Shown here: positions 19,461-29,698 of the stretch, in pieces | Position numbering within the stretch: position 1 is the first letter of the stretch | How the letters are laid out: every line of letters starts with the position of its first letter | Source of the DNA: Candidatus Harrisonbacteria bacterium | GTDB taxonomy: Bacteria; Patescibacteriota; Minisyncoccia; UBA6257; UBA11618 | Reading direction: 5' to 3' | Length of the DNA stretch: 64,000 bases | NCBI GenBank assembly: GCA_016867415.1 | Contig: VGJO01000002.1 | Coordinates: 6,835 to 70,834 of the forward strand | Translations under genes and position numbers: made by a program | The notes under the pieces: model-generated | What the model was told of the DNA's origin: nothing | Seen by the model: only the letters and a program-made list of their open reading frames with translations | Database searches by the model: none

Positions 19461-20918
19461 ATGCTCGAAGATCTCATTGCCGACCGTAAAAAAAAGCTCT
19501 CTCATTTTATCGAAGCGGGAATCAATCCGTATCCCGCTTTTGTTTCTGCCTTCACTCCGATAAATAAAGTAAAAGAATCCTTTACTGTTTGGTCGGAAGA
19601 AAAAAAAGATATCACCATTGTTGGCCGCATCACTGGCATGCGAGGCCAAGGTGGCGTCTTTTTTCTAGATATTTTTGATGGTACGGATAAGCTCCAGATA
19701 GTTGTAAAAAAAGATACTGTAGAAGAGCACTACGCTCTCTATCAAAACAATCTTGACATTGGAGATTTCTTGGAAAGCTCTGGCACTCTTTTTGTGACTG
19801 CAAAAGGTGAGAATAGTCTACTTGCAAAAAATCTCAAGCTTCTTGTAAAATCCCTCCGCCCCCTTCCCAGTAGTTACTATGGATTGGAAAATGAGGAGTT
19901 AAAGCTCCGCGAACGCTATCTCGATATCCTGACTGATCCCTTCGTCCGCGACCTTTTTATCAAGAAAAATATTTTCTTTACCTCTCTTCGCGACCATCTC
20001 AAAAAACATGGATTTCTTGAAGTAGAGACTCCAGTCCTCGAGTCCATCGCCGGTGGCGCCGAAGCCGAGCCTTTTATCACTCATCACAATGCCCTTGATC
20101 GCAATTTTTATCTTCGGATTTCCCTCGAGCTTCCCTTAAAAAAACTCCTTGTCGCCGGCTACCCTAAAGTCTTTGAGCTCGGCCGCGTCTTCCGCAATGA
20201 AGGCATTGATGCTGAGCATCTCCAAGACTACACCCAGTGCGAGTTTTACTGGGCCTACGCCGATTATCACGCGCTCATGGACTTTACCGAAGATTTATAC
20301 AAAAAACTCGTAAAAGATGTCACTGGCGGTCTCACGAACGAAAAAGATGGTCACACGCTTGACTGGAGTAAACCCCTCCCTCGCCTTAATTTTTGCGATC
20401 TTTTTGAAGAAAAATTTGGCCTAGATCCCCGCACCGCAAAGGAAGCTGAACTCACAAAAAAAGCCAAAGAAGAAAATATAAAGCTTGAAGGCCATGAAGA
20501 AGCCGGCCGTCTCATCGATCTCCTTTACAAGAAAAAGATTCGCCCCAATCTCATCCAGCCCTGTATTCTCATGAATCCGCCAGTGGTAATTGAGCCCTTA
20601 GCTAAAAGAACTGAAAAAGATCAAGCAGTTGTCGAACGCTTCCAAATCATTGCCGCCGGAAGTGAGCTCGGCAAAGGCTTTAGTGAACTCAATGATCCAC
20701 TCGACCAACGCACCCGCTTTGAGAGCCAGATGGAGCTCCGCAAGAAAGGGGATAAAGAAGCCCAAGAGCTCGACGAAGACTTCTTGACCGCGCTCGAGTA
20801 TGGCATGCCTCCAGCCGCCGGCTTTGGTCTTTCCGAACGCCTCTTTGCCATCATTATGGATCGACCCGTCCGCGAGACTGTCATCTTCCCCTTAATGAAA
20901 AACAAAGGTACTTTGTAA
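19461..20918 (+). CDS. lysS: lysine--tRNA ligase class II
   Basis: GGAEAEPF, YLRISLEL, FRNEG, ELNDP, YGMPPAAG. Confidence 0.98.
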   Translation: MLEDLIADRKKKLSHFIEAGINPYPAFVSAFTPINKVKESFTVWSEEKKDITIVGRITGMRGQGGVFFLDIFDGTDKLQIVVKKDTVEEHYALYQNNLDIGDFLESSGTLFVTAKGENSLLAKNLKLLVKSLRPLPSSYYGLENEELKLRERYLDILTDPFVRDLFIKKNIFFTSLRDHLKKHGFLEVETPVLESIAGGAEAEPFITHHNALDRNFYLRISLELPLKKLLVAGYPKVFELGRVFRNEGIDAEHLQDYTQCEFYWAYADYHALMDFTEDLYKKLVKDVTGGLTNEKDGHTLDWSKPLPRLNFCDLFEEKFGLDPRTAKEAELTKKAKEENIKLEGHEEAGRLIDLLYKKKIRPNLIQPCILMNPPVVIEPLAKRTEKDQAVVERFQIIAAGSELGKGFSELNDPLDQRTRFESQMELRKKGDKEAQELDEDFLTALEYGMPPAAGFGLSERLFAIIMDRPVRETVIFPLMKNKGTL

Positions 20919-20990
20919 TCAAAGTACCGCAAGCACGATAAAACTATTTTAAAATACCCTACAAATAGTAAGGTATTTTCGCTCTAATCA

Positions 20991-21080
20991 CGCAAAGTAA
21001 TGTGGAATATATTTGAGAGTTTGACATGTGAGCACCGAACGCAAGAAAAAAATCGAAAAAGACCTAAAAGAACGAGCGCC
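20991..21080 (+). repeat. dispersed palindromic element, copy B (internally deleted)
   Basis: aagtaatgtgg...tgtgagcaccgaacgcaagaaaaaaatcgaaaaagacctaaaagaacgagcgcc. Confidence 0.7.
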
Positions 21081-21129
21081 TAGTAACCAGTTGTAAAGGA
21101 CCTGTAGAGAAGCATAATATAAAGTACAC

Positions 21130-22254
21130 ATGAATCTCCCTCCCTATAAGGCCTGGATCAATCTTAGTAAGTCCGCCATTGATAAAAATCTCTCTTTTTT
21201 TCGCTCTCTCCTCACTCCCAAAACCAAGCTTTTTGCCGTGATAAAAAGCAACGCCTATGGCCATGGCCTCCTCGACTTTTCCTCTATGATTAGTGAATCA
21301 AGAAAATGCGATGGCATCTGCGTCGACTCCGTGCAAGAGGGAATTGCGCTTAGAAAATATATCAAAAAGAAACCTATCCTTGTCCTCGGCGCCACCCTTC
21401 CCAAACTTTTTCCCTTGGCCAAAAAAAACGACATTATAATCACCTTATCAAACTTTGATGTTCTAAAAGCCTATCTTTCCTTACCTACTACTCATCGTCC
21501 TGACTTTCATCTTAAATTTGATACTGGCCTCCACCGACAGGGCTTTCAAAAAAATGAACTCCTCGAGCTCATTCATCTCTTAAAAAAAGAAAAGCTCCGC
21601 CCGCTAGGCCTCTATGCTCATTTTTCCGGCGCCCGCAAAGAAAGAAAAGAAGAAACAGAAAAAGAATTTATTCAATTCATTTCCATAATTAATCTTTTTC
21701 GGCAGACTGGTTTTAAAAAATTCCTCTCGCACATCAGCGCTACAGGCGGCACCCTCATGAATCCTAAATACCATCTCGATCTTGTTCGCATCGGCATGGG
21801 ACTCTTAGGCTATGAACCGCACGAAGAATATCATAATCTCTCGGTCACCTCCCTCTCTCCTGCTCTTTCTTTTCACTCCTACCTTTCCGAAATAAAAAAA
21901 ATCCCCAAAGGGGAGGGAATAGGCTACGATGGGGTAAAACAGACTAAAAAAGAAATGAAGATTGGCATCGTTCCTATTGGATATTGGCATGGCATCCCTC
22001 GCGCGCTTTCTGATAAGGGTAAAGTTCTTGTCCGAGGCAAAAAAACCTCTATCCTTGGTCGGATTTCCATGGACATGATTACTATTGATCTTTCCCATAT
22101 CTCCGAAGCCTTCTTTGGCGATCCAGTCACGCTGATTGGCACAGATGGCAAAGAATCACTCTCCGCTCTTGATCAAGCCAAAACAATAAATGCCTCCCAC
22201 TACGAATTTTTAACCCGCCTTAATCCGCTCATTAAAAAATACAACATTGAATAA
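21130..22254 (+). CDS. alr: alanine racemase
   Basis: VIKSNAYGHG PLP lysine, KFDTGLHRQG, GIGY, GRISMDM. Confidence 0.96.
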   Translation: MNLPPYKAWINLSKSAIDKNLSFFRSLLTPKTKLFAVIKSNAYGHGLLDFSSMISESRKCDGICVDSVQEGIALRKYIKKKPILVLGATLPKLFPLAKKNDIIITLSNFDVLKAYLSLPTTHRPDFHLKFDTGLHRQGFQKNELLELIHLLKKEKLRPLGLYAHFSGARKERKEETEKEFIQFISIINLFRQTGFKKFLSHISATGGTLMNPKYHLDLVRIGMGLLGYEPHEEYHNLSVTSLSPALSFHSYLSEIKKIPKGEGIGYDGVKQTKKEMKIGIVPIGYWHGIPRALSDKGKVLVRGKKTSILGRISMDMITIDLSHISEAFFGDPVTLIGTDGKESLSALDQAKTINASHYEFLTRLNPLIKKYNIE

Positions 22255-22260
22255 AACACT

Positions 22261-22971
22261 ATGAAAAAAATATATTTTCTTCTCTTCCTTATTTTTATCC
22301 TCTTTTCAGGCGGCGGCTATATTCTAAATTCCAAAGGTTTTTTTAATGTTCGATCCATCTCCGTAAGCGGCGCGACCACTACCGAGGAAAAAGAGATTAT
22401 TTCTTTCTTTAAACAACATGAAACCCAAACTAATTTTTTCTTAATAAAACAAAATGCTTTCATCCCAAAAGGTGCTCCCGCTATCAAAAAAATCACCATC
22501 ATTAAAGATTTTTTAAAAAGAAACATTAAACTCCAAGTGGAAGAACGGACGGCAATTGGCATTAGTTGTTTCTCCAAAGAAAATATGTGTTTTTATTTTG
22601 ATGATCAGGGCATTCTTTTTGCTGAAGCGCCTCGAATCCAAGGCGGTAAGCTGTTGATTTTCAGCCTTGACGCCGAGAAGCAAAAAAAACTTGGGGATAT
22701 GGTTATCCTATCCCGCTTCCTCCCGGCGCTCATATATTTTGCCACTCATCCGCCTAAAAATATTTTTTTTAATAAAATAATCATCGACGAAGCCAATCAA
22801 GAAATCCGCGGAATAATAAGCCGGAGCAATGGTACTCTTTTTCTCAGTCTCCGCTTCTCTCCTAAAGAACCTCTCCTTGCCCTAGAAAAACTCTTAGAAA
22901 CTAAAAAACCTGATCCACTAAAGCTCTCTACCCTCGACTTCCGCATCGAAAACCGCTTTTATTTCCGGTAA
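22261..22971 (+). CDS. FtsQ/DivIB-like protein
   Basis: N-terminal TM, FNVRSISVSG POTRA start, VEER, DFR near C-terminus. Confidence 0.65.
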   Translation: MKKIYFLLFLIFILFSGGGYILNSKGFFNVRSISVSGATTTEEKEIISFFKQHETQTNFFLIKQNAFIPKGAPAIKKITIIKDFLKRNIKLQVEERTAIGISCFSKENMCFYFDDQGILFAEAPRIQGGKLLIFSLDAEKQKKLGDMVILSRFLPALIYFATHPPKNIFFNKIIIDEANQEIRGIISRSNGTLFLSLRFSPKEPLLALEKLLETKKPDPLKLSTLDFRIENRFYFR

Positions 22972-23016
22972 AAATAATATAGAATTACAGTTCAAAACTT
23001 TACAAAGTAGATAAGT

Positions 23017-23153
23017 GTGTCAGTTCCGTGAAGTAATTTTGGATGGAGTTTTCGATTTATTTCCGAGGAGCCGCCACAGTGTACTAAGAGCTAGGTACAC
23101 ATGAGGAGGCACCGCAGGAAAAAATCACAAAATCCGCCAAAAGTACGAGCGCC
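23017..23153 (+). repeat. dispersed palindromic element, copy C
   Basis: near-identical to 61884-62020. Confidence 0.92.
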
Positions 23154-23165
23154 AAAAAAAGAATA

Positions 23166-24176
23166 ATGAAGTTATCAATCGGGATAGTGGGCTTGCCTAA
23201 TGTGGGTAAATCAACCCTCTTTAAATTACTAACAAATCAAAATATTGATATTGCAAATTACCCCTTCTGTACCATCGACCCCAACATCGGCATCGTTTCC
23301 GTCCCCGACACTCGACTCACGGAACTCACAAAAATAAGCAGCTCTAAAAAAACCGTTCCCGCCATTGTTGAATTTTTTGATATCGCCGGCCTCGTGAAGG
23401 GCGCTTCGGAAGGTGCCGGTCTCGGCAATAAATTTCTCTCCCACATACGCGAAGTCTCCGCTATTGTCATGGTCCTTCGCTGTTTCAATAACGACGATAT
23501 TATCCACGTCGAAAACTCCGTTGATCCGCTCCGAGATCTCTCGATCATTAACACCCAGCTCATCTTGAAAGATCTCGAGACAGTCACAAAGCGTTTGCAG
23601 GGCATCGATAAAGAAATAAAAAGCGGAAGCAAAGACGCCGTCCAAGAAAAAACCCTCCTTGAGACTATCAAGGCCAAATTAGAAGCCGGCAAGCTCATCA
23701 CCGAATTTTCTGAAGAGAAAATTATCATAAATCTTGGCCTTCTCTCAAGCAAGAAACGTCTTTATCTCCTGAATGGTCAAGAAGCCGATGTCTCTCCCGC
23801 CCTCAAGGAAACTATTTTAAAAGAGGGGAGTCAGGCCATTATCGCCGATCTAAGTGCCTCCGAAGAGGCCTTTAGACCGGCCTTAGAAGCCCTTATCCGG
23901 GCTTCCTACGAGACTTTGGGGCTTATGAGCTTCTATACCACCGGCGAGGAGGAAAGTCGCGCCTGGACAATTAAAAAAGGAATGACCGGCAAAGAGGCCG
24001 CCGGGGTTATCCACACTGATTTTGAACAAAAATTTATTAAGGCCGAAATTGTCTCCTATGAAGATCTTATTGCCTTGGGCGGCTGGAACCAAGCCAAACA
24101 AAAAGGAAAACTTCGCCTCGAAGGCAAAGACTATATTGTGCGAGACGGCGACGTCATCATCTTCCGCCACGGCTAA
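23166..24176 (+). CDS. ychF: ribosome-binding ATPase YchF
   Basis: GLPNVGKST, ANYPFCTIDPN, DIAGLV, AGVIHTDF. Confidence 0.97.
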   Translation: MKLSIGIVGLPNVGKSTLFKLLTNQNIDIANYPFCTIDPNIGIVSVPDTRLTELTKISSSKKTVPAIVEFFDIAGLVKGASEGAGLGNKFLSHIREVSAIVMVLRCFNNDDIIHVENSVDPLRDLSIINTQLILKDLETVTKRLQGIDKEIKSGSKDAVQEKTLLETIKAKLEAGKLITEFSEEKIIINLGLLSSKKRLYLLNGQEADVSPALKETILKEGSQAIIADLSASEEAFRPALEALIRASYETLGLMSFYTTGEEESRAWTIKKGMTGKEAAGVIHTDFEQKFIKAEIVSYEDLIALGGWNQAKQKGKLRLEGKDYIVRDGDVIIFRHG

Positions 24177-24207
24177 CATAAAAATCTCCACCTCTAACTG
24201 AGAAGTA

Positions 24208-24441
24208 TCATTTCTCTAAGGTAGCTTTTAGTTCTAGTAATCGCTGCAACTGTTTCTCAAGAGCCGCAATCTCCTGTTCTGGCGTCATATTTACCGAAAG
24301 ACTCCCGCCCGAAGACGTCGCTCGCTTCACCCGAAATAATTCTTGCTTCAGATTATTATTCTGATACCAAAGATATCCCCCGAGGATCGCAAGAAGAATT
24401 ATGGCAAGAATTGACATGAAGTTTTTTGCAAACCCATCCAT
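24208..24441 (-). CDS. small membrane-anchored coiled-coil protein
   Basis: one TM then heptad-like segment. Confidence 0.6.
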   Translation of the reverse strand: MDGFAKNFMSILAIILLAILGGYLWYQNNNLKQELFRVKRATSSGGSLSVNMTPEQEIAALEKQLQRLLELKATLEK

Positions 24442-24486
24442 TAATTTTTTTAGTATAGCAAATAGTAAGAAAAATAGCTCTGTGGA

Positions 24487-25395
24487 TTACAGACCAGTCA
24501 TTCCAGACCCTCCCGCACCGCCCGTATTTGAGCCAGCAGCACCCGAGTTTGGGTTAGTCACATTTCTCAATCCTGAAGTCCCACCACTGGTAGTACCCCC
24601 ACCGCCAGTACTCATCCCTGTAGATCCTCCAGTAGTCCCCCCAGTCGTTCCACTCGAACCCGTCCCACCACTGGTAGTACCCCCACCGCCAGTACTCATT
24701 CCTGTAGATCCTCCAGTAGTCCCTGCAGTATCCTCTTTTCTATCTCTTTCCTCCAGCGCTAAATCTATACAAGAGGGGGCATTTTTTTTGTCATTAATAA
24801 GAGCTAGATACAAAGCAAAGCTTCTCTTAATTTTTGCTTCCTCGTCACGAAGATAATTTATATTCTGTTCTAATTCTTTAGTCCTCATTTTTTCTTTTTC
24901 TAATGAGGAAAGCCTTTCTTTAATTTTATTCATCTTGTATCTAAATAAAGCTTCGATTGACTCAGAAACTTGCGATAAGTCTCTTGAGACAGGATCATCG
25001 ATGTATGCTGCGTATGCTTCTTCCAATTCATCAAAATATGTCCTCCCTACATAGAGAGAAAAAGAATCCGTATTCCCACTCCGCGACGGATCAAAAAAAA
25101 TAAAATCAAAGTCCCCCAACGACATGAGACTAACTGGACTGACTGGCACTTCATAAAAACTACGAATTCCACCAAATTTTGATCTGCAATTTAGCGTAGC
25201 AAGTTTTCCTTGGAGTAGAAGTTCCGACTGACTCGCTTTCAACCACTCTCTATTCTGTGACAAATTCGTTACAAAAAGACCCAAACAAATCATAAAAAGA
25301 AGAAAAAGAGCCGTCCGAATCACATACCCCACTCGGATATGCCTATTTGTATCCCGCACCTTCCTTTTCCCCTTACTCTCTATCTTTTTCTTCAT
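24487..25395 (-). CDS. membrane-anchored orphan with coiled coil and Gly/Thr/Ser-rich repeat tail
   Basis: TM near N-terminus; SD GAGAGGAG; GTTGGSTGMSTGGGGTTSGGT x2. Confidence 0.7.
   Translation of the reverse strand: MKKKIESKGKRKVRDTNRHIRVGYVIRTALFLLFMICLGLFVTNLSQNREWLKASQSELLLQGKLATLNCRSKFGGIRSFYEVPVSPVSLMSLGDFDFIFFDPSRSGNTDSFSLYVGRTYFDELEEAYAAYIDDPVSRDLSQVSESIEALFRYKMNKIKERLSSLEKEKMRTKELEQNINYLRDEEAKIKRSFALYLALINDKKNAPSCIDLALEERDRKEDTAGTTGGSTGMSTGGGGTTSGGTGSSGTTGGTTGGSTGMSTGGGGTTSGGTSGLRNVTNPNSGAAGSNTGGAGGSGMTGL
24578..24723. repeat. 62-bp direct repeat (24578-24639, 24662-24723), one mismatch, in frame
   Basis: direct comparison; 84-bp period. Confidence 0.9.
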
Positions 25396-25518
25396 AATCA
25401 ACTCCTCTCAGTTTACCAAAACCCACCTTGTGGACATCTCCTCTTATCCAAACTTACTTCGCTCATTGTCAATTTATTGAAATAAGTGAAGGAATATATG
25501 AGCGTAATAATCTTAAGA

Positions 25519-26295
25519 TTACAGATAACCTATTTTACGCAACCATATTCCATGCTCCCATTCCCATAAAGTCTTTGCCCCTAAAAATGCTTTAAGATCG
25601 GCCTCAAAAGAGGGGAGTTCCTTCATCTCCACAATCCCCCTCATCGGCCTCCATTCATGTTCCCCCTCCCTGCACATGCGAAAATTATACCCCCGCGGGT
25701 ACGGTTCCTTCACCTTTTCCCGTCCGCCTTTTATCCGCATCATCGCTCCACATCGAATGCAGCTCGTCGCTTGATCCACCCGCAAAATAAACCGGGTGCT
25801 AATCCCATGAAAATCATCTTGGAGAGCCTCCATATAAGCCGCGGTCTGAAGGCAATAGTCCCGATAGATAGCCTGCGAGGTTTTGATATCAAGAATCGCA
25901 TACTTACCATCGATGAGCGCCAAGCTATCAATTGTCCCCGAGTAGCGGTGCTCCTGGCTCACAATTCTACGCTCCACATACTCAGGATCGATTTGAATAT
26001 TATGGTGCCGGATAAAGTCCATCGCCGTCTCAATCGCTGGCGCGATAGTAGGGGACACGGTCACTGATTTTCCCAGTAAAAGTCCTTGGAGAGCCTCATG
26101 GACAAGCGTCCCCTCAGTCGCTGATTGCTTCTTGATCTCTTCTCCCTCCTCATAGCTAGAGAGGCTCGCATAGTAGCGATAGAGAGCTGGCTTTGCCTTT
26201 ATCTCAATGATCTTAGTCACACGCGGATACCAAACATCATCTACGAGATACCCAGCCTGACTCTGAAACTCCGCCATATCCTTATACTCATTCAT
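25519..26295 (-). CDS. PD-(D/E)XK (RecB/Cas4-like) nuclease family protein
   Basis: GTLVH, E, SGTID, DIKTS, QTAAY; CxxC..C..H insert. Confidence 0.8.
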   Translation of the reverse strand: MNEYKDMAEFQSQAGYLVDDVWYPRVTKIIEIKAKPALYRYYASLSSYEEGEEIKKQSATEGTLVHEALQGLLLGKSVTVSPTIAPAIETAMDFIRHHNIQIDPEYVERRIVSQEHRYSGTIDSLALIDGKYAILDIKTSQAIYRDYCLQTAAYMEALQDDFHGISTRFILRVDQATSCIRCGAMMRIKGGREKVKEPYPRGYNFRMCREGEHEWRPMRGIVEMKELPSFEADLKAFLGAKTLWEWEHGIWLRKIGYL

Positions 26296-26361
26296 AGACG
26301 CCCTATTATATCAAAGATCTCTTACAAAGACTTATAAATATTGGGGGAATCAAGTTTAATA

Positions 26362-26389
26362 CTGTCGCACAATATATCTTTTGCGACAA
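26362..26389. other. dif-like 11-6-11 inverted repeat
   Basis: CTGTCGCACAA-TATATC-TTTTGCGACAA. Confidence 0.4.
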
Positions 26390-26605
26390 TGTATTAGTTT
26401 TATTAAACTTATAAAAAAGGTTCTATGCATCAGCTTTAAAAAATATTTCCTTTTCTAAACTAAAATTATTCTTCTCTTAAATTACTATTTATAAAATACT
26501 AACTACTCCCTGATCCTTTCTCTAAACTGCTAAATTCCAATTACTATTTTCTCCTTTGACCACTCCCCTCTTTTTTTTAAATTTTAGTAGGGGAGTCCCT
26601 AAAAG

Positions 26606-26614
26606 TTATCCACA
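26606..26614 (+). promoter_or_regulatory. consensus DnaA box
   Basis: TTATCCACA in AT-rich gap. Confidence 0.5.
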
Positions 26615-26773
26615 ACTCCTTGACATATTTGTCACCTCAGTTCCAAAAGAAAATTTTTTCTCTATTCAAATAATTATTTGAATACACTCTCTCTCAAATT
26701 ATTTACCTTCTAATTACAAATTACCCCCTTCCCTCTCCCCCATCATCTTCATCTCACAACAAAAGCAAATAAT

Positions 26774-26898
26774 CGTGTCAGCTACGCGAAGTAATTTTGA
26801 ATGGAGTTTGCTATTTATTTCCGAGGAGCCAAGGGAGCACTACTAAGAGCTGGGTAACAGGAAAAAAATCGCAAACTCCGCCAAAAGTATGAGCGCCC
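26774..26898 (+). repeat. dispersed palindromic element, copy D
   Basis: cgtgtcagctacgcgaagtaattttg...tactaagagct...aaactccgccaaaagtatgagcgccc. Confidence 0.9.
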
Positions 26899-26903
26899 TA
26901 AAA

Positions 26904-28172
26904 CTACAAATATTGGAGAGGATTTAGATCTCCTCCAGACGGCATCGGCCCACACGACCTGCTCGCGCCTATACTAAAAGTCTTTGAATCATATACCGTA
27001 AAATGCAAATGTGATCCTGTCGAATACCCTGTACTCCCAACATACCCAATAAGCTCTCCCCTTTTTACCTCCTTGCCAGCGGTAATCCCCATTCCGATCT
27101 TTGATAAGTGTCCAAAAAGAGTCGTAAGGTTATTGTTATGCCGAATCACAATAAACTTGCCGTAAGCTCCTTTCCGGCAATATTTGTCTTGGTCTCCCGT
27201 CGCTGCTACCACTCCATCCTCCGGAGAAACGATCTCCGTGCCTGTTGGTACTCCAATGTCGATTCCGTTATGCCACTTACCTCGATATCCATTCTTAGCA
27301 AAAGCCGTCGCTCCATACCCCTGTGTCGTCTTTCCAGAAACCGGCCAGCCTAAGACTCCTCTTCGGGCTTTCGGAATCTCATCGGGATTAATGTCTTTTC
27401 GAAGCTTCGCTTCCTCCGCTTCAATCTCTTCTGCAATCTTTAATTGCTGTTCATAAAGCTGTTGTAGAATATTCTGATAATTCTTTTCTTTATTTTTTGT
27501 TATCGATAAAAGCTCATCCCGGGATGCTTTTTCCTGTTTAGCAATCTCTCTTCTTGCCTTGGCCTTTTCCGTCTCTGTCTGCACGCTTTGTTTCTTCTCA
27601 TCAATCTCCTCCATTCGCTCCAAAAGTTCTGCCTCATATTGATTCAAATCCTTCACGTCATTCTCCACTCCTGCTCGCGCCTGCCGGATTATCTCAATCT
27701 CGGACAAAAAATCCGATAAACTCCCATTCCTAAGAAGTGGGATTACTATATCATCCGATTCTGTCTGATCAAGATCTCGTAAAAGCTTGCGCACCACCTC
27801 CTGCTTATATGCGATCTTCTGCCGCAATTCTTCCGTCTTTATTTCCAGCGAATCAATTTCCAGACCATATTTCTCGATTGCTACCTGATTAGCTTTCACC
27901 GAATAATCAAGCTGCTTAATGGTCTGCTCCACCTTCTTTACTTGCTGGCTCAAAGTCTGTTTCTGTGAACTTACTTGATCCAAACCCACCTGCGTTTCAT
28001 TAATCTTTTTTTGTAAATCTGTAAGCTCCTGATTTTTCTTGGCAATCGCTTCTTTAGCCCGTAATTCCACCAAAGATTGCTGATCTGTCTGCTGTGCCAA
28101 TACGGTGAAAAATATTCCCAGAGAAAGTGCTATAAAGAAAATAAAAAAACTAATTTTTGTGTACAAATACAT
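26904..28172 (-). CDS. coiled-coil M23 family peptidoglycan endopeptidase (EnvC-like architecture)
   Basis: signal/TM, long coiled coil, HNGID, STGSHLHF. Confidence 0.92.
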   Translation of the reverse strand: MYLYTKISFFIFFIALSLGIFFTVLAQQTDQQSLVELRAKEAIAKKNQELTDLQKKINETQVGLDQVSSQKQTLSQQVKKVEQTIKQLDYSVKANQVAIEKYGLEIDSLEIKTEELRQKIAYKQEVVRKLLRDLDQTESDDIVIPLLRNGSLSDFLSEIEIIRQARAGVENDVKDLNQYEAELLERMEEIDEKKQSVQTETEKAKARREIAKQEKASRDELLSITKNKEKNYQNILQQLYEQQLKIAEEIEAEEAKLRKDINPDEIPKARRGVLGWPVSGKTTQGYGATAFAKNGYRGKWHNGIDIGVPTGTEIVSPEDGVVAATGDQDKYCRKGAYGKFIVIRHNNNLTTLFGHLSKIGMGITAGKEVKRGELIGYVGSTGYSTGSHLHFTVYDSKTFSIGASRSCGPMPSGGDLNPLQYL

Positions 28173-28243
28173 CGTCGTAATTTATCCTTTTAAACTCCAA
28201 AAGACATCTACTTATTATAGCACTTTTAAATAAAAAAGCCCAT

Positions 28244-29644
28244 CTAAAAGCCTAGGTTTTTCAAGGCTTTTTTCACTCTTTCTTGGCTTTCAGCGAGCCC
28301 TAAAACCTCCATGATTTCAATTGGTCCTGGTGAAGCCTCTTTCCCTGAAAGAGCTACACGCAAAGGCCACAAGACTTCTCCCCTCCCCTCTTCCTCCGCA
28401 TAAGTCTCGATGGCCATTTTTGCTTGACTAAAATTATTATTTGTATTAAATATTTCTGAGATTTTTAGAAGATTTTTCCCCGTAGTTTCCTTGTCTGATT
28501 TTTTCCAAATAAGCCGCTCCGCTGGATACTCGGGAAGAGCATCAAAGAAATCAGTAAGAATAGAGAATTGAGAGAGTGTATCCATTCGCTCCTTCACCGC
28601 CGCAATTTTCTTACAATTTTGTTCTGTTACCTCTATTTCTAACAATCCTGCAAGCTCTACATCGCTTTTACTCCGCAAATAATGAGCATTCAAAAATCGA
28701 AGTTTCTTTCCATCAAAAATCGCTCCACCCTTTTGGATTCGTTCCAAAGTAAACTCTGCCGCGATTTCTTCCAAAGTAAATATTTCTTTATCATCTACCG
28801 GATGCCACCCGAGAAGGGTAAGAAAGTTTCTCATCGCCTCCGGTAAATAACCCTCTTTCCGATAATCAGAGAGGGCTGTGGCTGCAAATCGCTTAGAAAG
28901 CTTTGCTCGTTTCTCATCAAGAATAAGGGGTAAATGAGCGTACTCCGGTCGCGGTAAGTCTAAAGCTTCTTGGATAAGAATCTGCTTAGGCGTATTCGCC
29001 AAATGATCTTCTCCTCTAATGACAAGAGTAATGTTCGTCTCATAATCATCTATAACCACGGCCAAGTGATATAGAGCTTCAAGTGTTTTCCCATCAGCAT
29101 TCTTCGCGATCGCAAAGTCCCCGATATATTGCGTATCAAATTTCACTTCACCCCGGATTGCATCCGAAAAAGTGATTTCCATAAGCGGCGTCATAATCCG
29201 CACTACCGCTCGCTCTCCTTTAGCAAATTTCTCTTCTATCTCGCCTTCTGAAAGATTTCGACACCGGCCGCTGTATACCTGAGGCATTTTTTTTGCCATC
29301 TGCTCCTCTCGCTCCTTATCCAAAAGTTCCTTTGAGCAAAAGCAATAGTATGCCTTCTTCGCTTCCAAAAGCTTTCTTACATACTTTCCATATATCTCTC
29401 CTCGCTCACTCTGCCGCAACACCTCCGGCTCGTAGGTAAATCCGAGCCATTTCATCCCTTCCAGAATATCCTCCTCATACTTTTTCTCCGATCGCTCCTT
29501 ATCAGTATCCTCAATCCGCAAATAAAATTTTCCTCCCGTCTTTAAGGCGTAAAGATAATTAAACAAAGCCGTTCTCGCCGTTCCAATATGAAAATACCCC
29601 GTCGGCGACGGCGCAATCCTCACCCGCACCTCTCCCTGTTTCAT
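28244..29644 (-). CDS. gltX: glutamate--tRNA ligase
   Basis: APSPTGYFHIG, RIEDTD, IRGEDH, KLSKR. Confidence 0.98.
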   Translation of the reverse strand: MKQGEVRVRIAPSPTGYFHIGTARTALFNYLYALKTGGKFYLRIEDTDKERSEKKYEEDILEGMKWLGFTYEPEVLRQSERGEIYGKYVRKLLEAKKAYYCFCSKELLDKEREEQMAKKMPQVYSGRCRNLSEGEIEEKFAKGERAVVRIMTPLMEITFSDAIRGEVKFDTQYIGDFAIAKNADGKTLEALYHLAVVIDDYETNITLVIRGEDHLANTPKQILIQEALDLPRPEYAHLPLILDEKRAKLSKRFAATALSDYRKEGYLPEAMRNFLTLLGWHPVDDKEIFTLEEIAAEFTLERIQKGGAIFDGKKLRFLNAHYLRSKSDVELAGLLEIEVTEQNCKKIAAVKERMDTLSQFSILTDFFDALPEYPAERLIWKKSDKETTGKNLLKISEIFNTNNNFSQAKMAIETYAEEEGRGEVLWPLRVALSGKEASPGPIEIMEVLGLAESQERVKKALKNLGF

Positions 29645-29698
29645 CTCGCTATTCTAGCAAAAATTTCGAAAAAATCTATTTTTAGACTCCGATTTTAC

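Noticed and set aside
24401-24856. Pro/Val-rich 151-aa ORF on + strand
   Set aside because: Mirror of the Gly/Thr repeat on the minus-strand gene, which has the SD and TM.
26340-26760. Replication origin or terminus
   Set aside because: Only one perfect DnaA box, no dnaA/dnaN nearby, and no change in strand skew.
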